DNA of 62,000 bases, from the NCBI RefSeq assembly GCF_000400465.1, contig NW_008806274.1, forward strand, positions 510,244-572,243, given 5' to 3'. The translations under genes were made by a program, and so were the position numbers. Below, piece after piece: positions 23,059-34,043 of this stretch (within the stretch, counting starts at the first letter, position 1; the number at the start of each line of letters is the position of its first letter). This DNA is from Wallemia ichthyophaga EXF-994. Taxonomy: Eukaryota > Fungi > Basidiomycota. The notes beneath the pieces are model-generated. The model worked only from the letters and a program-made list of their open reading frames with translations. It was not told the DNA's origin and did not search any database.

Positions 23059-26000
23059 ATGGTCGTAGACGCCTCCATTTACGAGGAGTGCGCACAAATA
23101 ATATCTAGTTCTAATTCTGAAAATACCAATAACGAACAAGCGTACGTGTTCCCGTATTCTACTCGACGCGTGCAAGACTCACGCCCAATCTCAGCGTGGA
23201 CTTAGTTCAGAACTTCCCGAACGAATTCTTTGCCACTTTACTATCAGCTAATCCCCTACCGGAATCTACGCTTAGTCTTATCAAATTCGTAATCCTCTCC
23301 CTCGAAGGAGAATTCAAACAACTCGCTCAATCTGCTCTATGCGACACTTTCAGCGTTTTAGACCTCCCATACGAGGATGCAGCCATGGGTTTGAGATTGA
23401 AATTAAAATCCACGCTCCCAGATGACCAGAATGCCGTCAAGATGCAACTCGATCAAGTATCTACTCAAAGGAAACCACTTTACGATTTAGTCAGAGCTTT
23501 AATTGTGAGTTGCAGCTCGCTCAATATGTCTATCTAACACTTTTCTAGATGGAGGGTTATCTCAGTTCTCAGATGCTCTCACAACGCATCGGTGCATCTG
23601 GTTTGAGCCAACTTGGTCTCATCGGCGACCCTACAATCCACCAGCGTAAGGAAGCTAGAGCCAACACCGCGGCTATATATCGCCAGCATCGTTTTAACTT
23701 GCACAGAGAAGTTGCAGAGGGTTTCGCCAAGATGTCGACTCTTATTCTCAGCTCAATGGGTGATGGTGATGCTGTTGGCACAATAAGGAGTAGTGAATAC
23801 ATCGAAGCTGAAAAAAGGCGTGCTTTTCAATGCTGGATTGGCATTGAGAAGCTCATTGGTTTCTTCGATCTTGATCCTCTTAGAGCTCTTTCAACAATAC
23901 TGGATATATTCTCCTCATCAATTGCATCTCACTGGCGGTTCTTCTTGGCTCTGCTGGATTGCTCACCTTGGAGACGTAAGACTAATGAACAGGAGATGCA
24001 AACGGATATCACGCCAGGTAAATATGAAAATTGGGACTTTAAGGACATTATACAAGACGCAGAACAAGGTAGAAGACAACCACTTAATCAAACACGGAAT
24101 ACCAACGGTAATTCTTCACTGGAGGCTAACCTTGTTATTGCTCAAGTGTTAGGTTTCCAGATGAGATACTACCAGAGGAAGCAATCAGAGAAGAACTCTG
24201 ATAGCTGCTATCATCTCTGTGCTCTGTTGATACGTGAAGACTACGTTTCTTTGTTGGATCTACTCCCACATTTACATCCTGACGACAAGACTTTGAATGA
24301 TTTAAAAAGTATCTACAAGGACACCCTCAGTGACAGGCTGATGTCAGCTAAAACTACAAACAACAAGCTGGCGATGGCTGCTCCACTTAGTGATGATATG
24401 CCTACTGCAGCCTTGAACGATAACAATAGTTCCAAGGAGGATGAGAAGGATGAAAAGAAGGAAAAATCAAGTGAAAAGGATGAGAAGCCTTTTGAGCCAC
24501 CGATGCAGAAGGTCTGTCTGATCATTTCCTTGCTCAGTGTTGGTGCTCTGAAGGAGGGATTCTTTTTACTATCACTTTACCCACACATCCCTTACATTTA
24601 CCCACGCATTATTGACATTATTTTGAGGATAGCAGAGTATTCAATGGAACCAGTATATGAACCCATTTCAACTAGGACAAAACGCAAGATTGACAAGAAG
24701 ATTGGTAATACTAAGCAATTTAGCTGCGAAGCTCCGACACCAGTTGCCAGTGAAAAAACCGAACATGTATTCTATTACGACAAGTGGACTGAGAACGTCC
24801 CACAAGTACACACAATTAAGGAGACGTTGACCGTTATAGACGGATTTCTAAAATTTGTGGGACCATGCTGTTCACGTAATTCAGTCTTTTTTCAAAAGCT
24901 ACTGCGTTTAGCCAGTCACGAGTCGCAGAAAGCTAAATCAGAAACATGTTTGGAACCTTGGATTAGTATGACAAGAAATTACTTCTTACCAGGTTTGGCA
25001 TTGTCAATCTCGAGCAATACATTATCGATAGCCTTGTGGGATCTCATGAAGCGCTTCCCACTCCACACGCGATATCAACTTTACGGAGAGATGAGAGGCT
25101 CTACCTTGAAAAGACTTCCTGAAGTGAGGGTAAAGTATTTGGAATCTGAACGCGATGCGAAGTCAATTTTACGAAGACTCAGTTCAAATAAGGCGTATTT
25201 GAAAGTACAAGGCCGAGCAATAGGAAAGATATCGCATACCAACCCAGTTGCATTGTTTCATACAGTTTTGCAGCAAGTGCAGTCATATGAGAACATTGCA
25301 CTACCAGTGATTAATGGTCTTAATTACTTGTCGGAGTTGAGCTACGATGTGTTTACTTATACGTTACTAGATTTCTTCACTGATCCTGCCAAGGAGAGGA
25401 CCAAATTGGATGGTACAAACGCTTCACTTTGGCTACAAAGTCTGGCAACATTTACAGGAGGTTTGTTTAGAAGACAAGTCAACTACATGGACCCTTCACC
25501 CTTGCTTATGTATGTCGGACATGAGTTAAAGAGATGTCACGTAAAGGATCTCATCATATTCAGAGAGATATTGAAAGAAATGTCAGGCATTCACCCACTA
25601 TCTGACCTTAGTGATGATCAGATTATCGCTCTTAGTGCTGGTCCATCACTCAAAAGCGAAGCCATTCCTCATCAAATGGACAGCGAGGTTGCCAAGTTTA
25701 TAAAGAAGTCATCGAAGAATTTGAGACATGCTCTTCATACCTCCAATCTCACCATACCTATGCTCGTGCTTATAGCGCAGCAACTTCAGGTCTGTGTATA
25801 TATGGTGCCTGAAAGCGAGGCCCACCCTAAACATCTGTCAACTTTGTATGATGAGACGGTCGGTGTTTTGCTGCAGTATATTGCCTTCCTCAGGGCCACT
25901 CCACCTCTCCAAAATGATCCTTGGTCGACTTACGAAGATTCACTACCGTCGTTTGAAGATCTTGTCAATAAGTTTGGACTGGATATTGGAGTTGCGTTTG

Positions 26001-28582
26001 CGATTATTAGGCCAAAGGTATCAGGTGAAATCTACGCGTACGAGAAGCAGAAGAGAATTGATGATGATGCCGAGAAGGCAAAAGCCAAGGAAGCGACTGA
26101 CAACGAAGGTCAATCTGAGCAAGTCATGATGGAGGGAGATAAAAGCAAACCAGAAGCAGATGATAAGGGAGGTGATGTAAAGATGGAGACAGATGTTACT
26201 TCGAAAGCACCATCAACGCCACCAAGTACCAAGGATGTGTGGCATCCAATGCTTTCTGGATTGATTTCACAAATGAGTCATGTCCTGAGTGACAAAATCA
26301 AGCAGGCGCTTTCACCTGCATTCGTGACGACATTCTGGCAGTTAAGCATGTATGACATTTCAGTGCCGATTGAAAGATATGGTCAAGAATCAGCTAAGTT
26401 ACAGAGTATGGCTAAGACCCGTGAGTGGTCGATGGTTGATAAGGAAACTGGAAAAAGCAAAGCTTCTACTGTTCCCGCTAGGAAGGATGCGCTAAATAGT
26501 GATATGCATGAGCATATGAAGGTTTACGAGGCTACGAAAAAGCGCATAAGTAATGAGAAGCAACATTGGTTTAGTGATGTTAATGCTAGGAGGAATTCGT
26601 CCATCAACTTCTATATCCAGTACTGCATCATGCCACGTGTAGTACTCAGTCCTGAAGATGCGCTTTATTGTGCGAGGTTCTCGAAACTTATGCATAATTA
26701 CGGCGTACCTTCTTTCCCGACGTTACTATTCCTGGATAGGGTGAGTTGGTTTGGCCAATCTTAATTTCCAACTCACACTACTTAGATTCTCTGCGAAAGT
26801 CCTTCAGCTATTTTGTCATCATCTACCGAAAACGAAGCTAGAAATTACGGTTGGTTTATGTTTTTATGGCAAATGAATCGAAACTAACGAGAAACAGCTC
26901 GCTTCTTGACAGAAATACTGTCCGATGTTTCTGCTTGGCAGAAAAACGAGGAGGCATACAACAAAGGCGCAAGAGGTACAGGTGCTCAACCATTACCTGG
27001 TTTTCGCAAGAGTTGGGATGCTCAGAGCAACGTTTTACTCACCTACGAAGAGTTCAAGAAAGCGTTCAGCAAATGGCAGAGCAAGTTACTGAATGCATTT
27101 ACAGCATGCGTCTCTTCTGGTGAATACATGCACGTACGGAATGCTGTGATAGTATTCAATATCGTCAGCGAGTTCTTCCCAGAATCGCATAAGACTGGCG
27201 AGAGTATGTACAATCTCGTCAAGGAATTGGTGTCAAACGAAAAGAGAAACGATCTCAAGATTCTCGCCCAAGGATACCTTGCTCAACTTAGCAAGAGAAG
27301 ACACTCATGGGGAGGAGCTGATCCTGAGCCACACAAGCCCATTACAGAAAAGAAGCCTGAAACGAAATCTTCTGCACCAGCGGAAAAGACTAAAATTGTT
27401 GAGAATAAAGTTAGAGAGACTAAAGTTGATGAGTCTCCAGAGACTGCTGAATCAACAAAACCAGTTAAACAAGCTGAGACAGTTGAACCAGCTTCAACAG
27501 AAGCACCAGCTGCACCCGAAAATACAGGAATAGGCCAAGAAGCCAGCTTGAGGGCTCGCATACAGTCACGCACAGAACCTCCGAAAGAAGTCAGCATCAA
27601 GAGGGACAGAGAGAAGGTAGATTCGCCTGCAACGACACCAGCACCTTCGCAAGATGATGATCGTCGTGAATCACAGCCAAAACCACCCCAGGGTCCCAGA
27701 AAGAGTGATTCAGCTCGCAATAATGGGTTACCTCCTAAGCCAGGTTCTGATACAACGAGGCAGAATTCTGAAAGAACACCCCAGCAATCCCAAAAACCAC
27801 GCTCTCCTGTACAATCGAGCGGTGCTAGCACAAGAAGAAGATCACCGCCACCTAGCAGACCAGATTCGCCAACGTCCAAGTATGTAGTATCTGTCACCGT
27901 ATGGATTCAAAGAAATCTAACATATGACTACAGTGTGCCACCTTCTGGACCACAGAGTATAAGAGGCAGAGCAGCAGCATCGGAGAAAGCAGGAGGCGGC
28001 TCAGCCTCACTGCTTAGTCGTTTCGAGCCTGAACATGAACGTAACGGGCGTAGCGGATCAGGTGGGGGTCGCAACAGAAATAGGTCACTTTCACCGCCAC
28101 GAGGTGGTCGCAAGTATGACCAACGTGATAGGCGTGATGGGCGCGATGAGCGTGAGGGTCGCGATGCTCGGGATAATCGTGAAAATCGTGACAATCGTGA
28201 CAATCGTGACAACCGCGATCGCCGCGACCAACGCGATCAACGTGATTCTCGTGACTCTCGCGAACAGCGTGACCATCGTGATAGATATGAGGATGATAGG
28301 TCGGGGTATAGCAAGCGTCGCAGAGTAGAAAATGAAGACAGTGGCCGCGGTGGTTCTGGTAGATACAGAAATGAAGAAATGCGCAAGTCACATCAATACG
28401 AGGACCGAGCAAGCACTAATAGCAAACGATCACGTAATGATCAATCTCGAGCATTCGAGTCTGCAATGTCAGTAGCTGGCTCGGGTGACGACTATCGAAG
28501 GAAGCGCGGTGACGACAGAGCGAATGAGAAAGAAAGGGAAGTGAAGCGAGACCAGAACTATAGGAAGAAAAGAGCAGGCTAA
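23059..28582 (+). CDS. THO2: THO complex subunit 2
   Basis: YRQHRFNLHREVAEGFAK, LIGFFDLDPLRAL, ILRRLSS, VQSYENI, LQSLATFTG, TFWQLSMYDISVP, GEYMHVRNA; charged low-complexity C-terminus; several introns. Confidence 0.92.
28124..28285 (+). repeat. 9-bp-period coding repeat encoding (R-D/E-x)18 in THO2
   Basis: cgtgacaatcgtgacaatcgtgacaac...; RDRRDGRDEREGRDARDNRENRDNRDNRDNRDRRDQRDQRDSRDSREQRDHRDR. Confidence 0.9.
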
Positions 28583-28650
28583 TTAATTTTAAATAATGTT
28601 TATCGTGCATTTAAAAGTACAATTTTGTATTTTCATATTTATCTTATCGG

Positions 28651-28689
28651 AGATTGAGTTTGACGCGACTAGATTGGGATTTGACGCGA
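28651..28689 (+). promoter_or_regulatory. duplicated MCB-like element (TTTGACGCGA x2) directly upstream of MRC1
   Basis: TTTGACGCGA at 28659-28668 and 28680-28689; contains the ACGCG core bound by MBF-type factors. Confidence 0.5.
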
Positions 28690-28692
28690 ACG

Positions 28693-31600
28693 ATGAGTAC
28701 AGGCGTGGATGGAAAGGAGCCAAGTAAAGAAAATAACTCAGATTCACCAAAGAGAAATGTAATTAGAAAGTATGGCAGAGCGCGTCCAGCAGAAGCAGCA
28801 CAAGAAGTTAGCGCAACCAGTCATTTCGCTCAAGAACAACAGCAGAAACCATACGAAAGCAATATGTTAGATAGTGATGATGAAGGCGGTGAAGACGCGT
28901 CTTATGCTGATCTAAGAAAGGAATTGGGTATTGGTGGATGGAACGATGAAGTTGAGGCTATAGACGCGATGCCAGAAGAGCAGCTGCGTACACTTCCAGC
29001 TAACCTAATTGACGAGTTTGATAGCGACGGCGAGGAAACTCAAAGTGCTCATGTGCGTCCTTGTTGAGAATTGTATGTCATCTAATCAACAGCGCTAGAA
29101 GGAGAAGGAGAAGGAGAATGGAGAGGATTTCAGTCTTTCCATGGCAGAGCAACGTCAGCTAGTTGAGAAAGAGGAGGGGAGCACTGATCACAATCCTCAA
29201 GAGTCGCGTTTACCGCTGCCGTTTGAGGAAGAGGAAATGGATTTCACGGCTGACAGGATCAAGAAGCCGAAGGTGCGTCATCACTATACGCGCTTATTGC
29301 CTCCGTCTAACATACCCCAAGGGACTTAACAAGAAGGAAGTCGATAATTTACATCGTGAAACAGCGAGGATGGTCAGAGGTGAGTTGTATAAAGCTTAAG
29401 ACTAACAAAGCTAACAAGATAAGATCAAAACGTCAGACTGGAATCACGCAGCGATAAGATGACCTTAGCTGATTATTACGCAAAGCTAGCGATAAAGAGA
29501 GGGTGCGTGTCTTGGTCTTTGTCGCCCTCCTCGCTCACTTTACTGATACAGTCACGCTGAAAACAAGGCAGAAGAAACGGTCCAAGCTGATGAGGAACAA
29601 CCCCCAGAAACCACCCTACTCACAACATCCAAAGACACACCAGCAGAGCACGCAAAGGCTGACAAAGATTTAGATCATCAACCAGAAGAAGACATTCTCG
29701 TGCAGCAAGACATTGACGCGAAGAAGACACAACAATCAGAAAAGTTAAGACATCTCAAAGTCAAGGCTCTCGAAAGCGCACATCAAAAGAGCCAACAACT
29801 TAAAAAATCAAACAAAGAGCAAGACGTTGATGAAGATATTGAAATACTTGCAGATGAGTCTGCTGTTGGTCCAGTCGCCCGTACTGCCGGTGCACGTTTG
29901 GGTGCTGGACATGAAGACGCTACCAGTAAAATGTCAGCTAAGCGTCGCTGGGATAGTCGTGAAGCCCATAAAATCAGGAAGTTTGTTGGCATTTCTGAGC
30001 GTGGTGGATCAGGTGCCAAGAGGCGCAGAAGCAGTGAAGGCACACCAAACAAAAAGGGAAAAATGCTCACGAATGAGGAATTAATGGAGAGTATCAGACA
30101 GAAGACACTTAATCAGGAACTCCAATTTAAGGATCATGTGGAAGAGCTCGAACGTGTGCGCAAGAATAAATACAACATACCTAAACCCAAGACGGAGCTG
30201 TCTGAGCGCATTGATCCGGTAGAGGCGGCCATTAAACGTGCTGAAAGAAAGTCGGAAATATATGCTGATATTGGAGCTGATGATGGAGTAGACAGTGACG
30301 ACGATGCTGAGGACGAAGACTGGGCGGGATCGGCTGATGAAGAGGAAGATAAGCCAGCGATTGCATCAGGCTCTGAACGAGGATCAGAAGAACCTGACGA
30401 GAATGAGATAGAGAAGGAAAACCACTCATCCTTCTCATCTAATGCTACGAGTGGCAGACCCGAAAACACTCGCAAACCTCTAGGAGAAGCAACCGGACAT
30501 GCCTATGATAATGCCAGCGATGATAGCGACGGAGAAGTTCGCGGATATAGGCGGATAAGGAGGATTATCAATGATGACAAGGATGAGGAGCAAAATGAGG
30601 CTAGTAAGATTGAGGGTAGATTGGAGTCACCATTTGAAGATAATTCACAGCCTGAGTTTTACATGAATGAGGATGGGCTGCTGACACAGTCGAAGCCGTC
30701 AATGGAATTCGCTGAGGAGGGTATGCAAGTGGATAGAACTGAAGAAGTCAATCATGGTAATCAGCTCAGACGCAGATCATATGTGAGTGATAATGACGAT
30801 GAGGGTTATGTAGCGAGGAAGCCAATGAGACAGACACAGCAAGCAACTCAAGCGACTCAACCAACCCAGGTAACGGAAGCAACTCAAGCAGCCACACAAC
30901 CAGCCACAGAAATCAAGACACAGCAGCTTACGCAAATTGAACCAATACCGACAATGAAAGAATCAACGCAAGCCACTCAAGCTAAACAAACCATCCAAGC
31001 ACCAGCCAGCCCATCTTACAGCGACAGTGACAGTGAGCAAGAGCAACCACCAAAACCATCGAGGAGTGCATTCGATACACTCAAGAAGGGAATGAAGAGG
31101 CAGGAAGAGAGGCAGAAGCGACCAATTGATCCGCGCTACTTTGAAGCACAAGCTGAGATATCTGATGAGGACAACCTGGTAGGATTGATTAGTGATGATG
31201 AAGAAGATGACGAAAGAAACAATCGCCAATTAGATGAGCTGGTGAATGACGACAGGGTGGCACGGGAGACGCGCGACAAGCAGGATAAGTTGGCTACCGA
31301 GAAGTACCAAGAGCAGTTAAAAGAGGACGATGAACTGGATAAGAAGGTAGCGCAAAATGCTGCAGATGGTCGGTATAGATATAGGAGGAGACATCGTAAT
31401 GAGGATGGATTGGAGATGAGTAGTGATGACGATGATATCGAGTTCATGAAGGCGCAGGAACAATTGGCGACTAGGTTGGCAAAGAGAAGAAGGAAACAGG
31501 CTGGAGAAGAGCCGATGGAGAGATATGGTGGGTTTAGATGGATTTTTCTATAATTGACGCTGACATTTGCACTCGATACAGCTCGTAATCCTAGAACTGC

Positions 31601-32317
31601 TGCTTTCGTCGCTGCGTTCGAGGCGCCTGCGAATGCTGAAGATTTTGAAGCGGACTTTGATGTGGAACATACAGGTGGACCTTTGATCGAGCAGCCGGAG
31701 CATAGGAAGGATAGTGAAAACAGTGCCAGCGACAGCGTAGATGAGGATGAGGATAGTGATGTATCTGAAAGTACACATCAAAATGACAGCGTTAGGGTGA
31801 AAAAGCAGATGACGTTGAAGGAAGAAGCAGCAGCAATGCGCAATTTCATGGAAAGGGTAGGTCTGCTGCCTTTAACGGTAGCGCCGCAGCTGAGATAACA
31901 ATAACACAGAAACACGCGTACGAAAACATACAGTCGAGCGACTCGGAAGACGAGAGCCAGGCTATGCAGTTCGTCAGGAAGGGCGATCCGGGTAAGCAGA
32001 AGCAGAAGCCGCGCATCGAGAGGCGGGAGAATGATGACGAGGATACTGTGCCGTCGTACGCCAAGGGTCGTAGACCGCTTTCGCCACGCTCGTTGAGCAA
32101 GTTGAAGAAATATGCGCAAGACGAAGGTAGTGGGGTCAACTACTCTGCTGGCGGGGGAAGGAAGGGAGTGACATCGTTTTTGTCAGAATCAAATAGCGCT
32201 GGAGTTAAGAAGAAGCATCAGAGTGCGTCCAAGACGAAGCCATTGCAGTCGCAATCGCAGCAGTCATCGCAATCGAAGCCATCGTCCAAACTAAGTTCGT
32301 TCGGGAAGTGGAGTTGA
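28693..32317 (+). CDS. MRC1: replication checkpoint mediator Mrc1/Claspin-like
   Basis: Long acidic/charged protein, TQ cluster, C-terminal FEAQAEISDED...DDEED...DDELDKKVAQNAADGRYRYRRR resembling the MRC1 domain; many introns. Confidence 0.8.
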
Positions 32318-32384
32318 ATAGTGTGTAAATCTATATGTATGATTATCGTGGTAACTGTTACATGAAATTGTACAGCACACAAAT

Positions 32385-33962
32385 TTAGAGATGTGCCGTG
32401 GCAGTTGTGCGCCTATAGTAATCGGCTTTAATGAGATCGGATGCTCTTTCAGCTACCATTTCGACAGTGATCATAGGATTAGCGGTGACCATAGAGGGGA
32501 AGACAGAAGCGTCTACCACTCTAATACCTTTCATGCCCCTAATTCTGAGGAGAGGGTCTAAAACAGCGGATGGATCATTAGCTGCGCCCATTTTGCACGT
32601 ACCTGCTGGATGGTAGACGGTGTGGTGGACAGCTCTGCCGTATTTACCAATATCTTCATCGCTCTGCACGTGTGAACCAGGGGCAACTTCCTCTTTGAGC
32701 CACTTGGCGAACGGCTCCTGTTTAGCGATCTCCCTTGCAATTTTGATGCCGTCAATGATAGTCCGCTCATCTTGGCGAGCGGGGTCGGTGAAATAGCGAA
32801 AGTCGAGTGCGGGCTTGACGGAAGGATCGGCGCTAGTGAGGTAGAGTCTGCCGACCGACTTGGGTCTGCAGACATTAGGTGTCATGCATATAGCGTGCTC
32901 GGGGCGTGGGTAGCCGAGTCGCGCGGTGTTGTCAGCGAAAGGAACAGAATAGACGTGGAACATGAGATCTGGGCGTGTTTCGCCGTATTCTTTAACGCGC
33001 TGAATAAAGAGAGCCGCATCGGATTCCATTACTGTCTTGTCCTCGAGCGGCGCATGGAGCGACCACATGATGATGGACTCGGGATGGTCGAGCAGATTCT
33101 CACCGACTGGCAAATCAGCAGTAAGAGGAATGTTGAGGCGACGGAGCTGCTCAGCGGGACCAATGCCGTTGAGGAGGAGGAGTCTAGGTGAGTCGATAGC
33201 GCCAGCAGAAAGCAAAACCTCATGTCGACACCTGAAAGTGGTGCGTGACCCGCCTTCCGGTGTAGCTTCAACACCGACCACTCGATCCCCATCAAAGAGG
33301 AGCTTGTCGACCCACGAATTCAGCATGAGGTGCAAGTTAGGCCGTTTGTCCATGATAGGATGCATGTATGCGACTGAAGCCGACGACCGCTTCCCGTCGT
33401 GGGGTGTGTATGCAATGCTCAGCCAGCCCACACCCTCCGTCCACACCTTGGTGCCGTGCGAGTGGCGAGTCTGCGCCCAAGAGTCGAAGTTGTCGATCAC
33501 AGGCACGCTAGTGGCCCGTTGCGAGGCGTCTATCCAGTCGCCCATGATCGGGTTGCGGTCTTTGTGCGCCGGCGGCTGGATGTGATTGAGGAGGCGATCG
33601 CCGTACGCCTGCATCGTGTGGCTGTCCCATCCGCGCGCACCACGCTTCACCCACTCATCGAGATCTTGCGGAAAGGGGCGGAAACAGATGAGAGTGTTGT
33701 GGGAGCTGCACCCGCCGAGTACTTTGGCGCGTGAGTGCAGGATGTGCGAGTTGCCGTGTGGCTGCGCGACGGTCGGGTAGGCGTAGTCGAGCTCCCCGCC
33801 GAGCAGAGACAGCCAGGATCGCAGCTGGAGCACCTCCGGGTGGTTGCGGTCGTCGGGGCCGCCTTCGATCACGAGCACTGATATCTCTGGCACCTCGGTC
33901 AATCTGTTTGCCAGCACCAGCCCCGCTGTACCGCCGCCGATGATTATATAGTCGAATTCCAT
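32385..33962 (-). CDS. codA: choline oxidase (GMC flavoprotein), intronless
   Basis: GGGTAG dinucleotide-binding motif; matches to Arthrobacter CodA motifs: GGCSSHN (FAD-linked His), DHPE (choline-binding Glu), DLMFH, TVYHPAGT (catalytic His), NPMIT; alternative upstream ATG at 34037. Confidence 0.92.
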   Translation of the reverse strand: MEFDYIIIGGGTAGLVLANRLTEVPEISVLVIEGGPDDRNHPEVLQLRSWLSLLGGELDYAYPTVAQPHGNSHILHSRAKVLGGCSSHNTLICFRPFPQDLDEWVKRGARGWDSHTMQAYGDRLLNHIQPPAHKDRNPIMGDWIDASQRATSVPVIDNFDSWAQTRHSHGTKVWTEGVGWLSIAYTPHDGKRSSASVAYMHPIMDKRPNLHLMLNSWVDKLLFDGDRVVGVEATPEGGSRTTFRCRHEVLLSAGAIDSPRLLLLNGIGPAEQLRRLNIPLTADLPVGENLLDHPESIIMWSLHAPLEDKTVMESDAALFIQRVKEYGETRPDLMFHVYSVPFADNTARLGYPRPEHAICMTPNVCRPKSVGRLYLTSADPSVKPALDFRYFTDPARQDERTIIDGIKIAREIAKQEPFAKWLKEEVAPGSHVQSDEDIGKYGRAVHHTVYHPAGTCKMGAANDPSAVLDPLLRIRGMKGIRVVDASVFPSMVTANPMITVEMVAERASDLIKADYYRRTTATAHL

Positions 33963-34043
33963 CTGCCTGTTTGATTTGAAAATTTTTGATTCGCCGTCGT
34001 CGTCGCCAGAAGAAAAGTTTACTATCTCATCTGTCATCAACTC

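Noticed and set aside
27876-27894. TGTAGTATCTGT matching the U2 snRNA branch-pairing region
   Set aside because: Only 12 nt, coincides with a THO2 5' splice site, and flanking U2 sequence is absent
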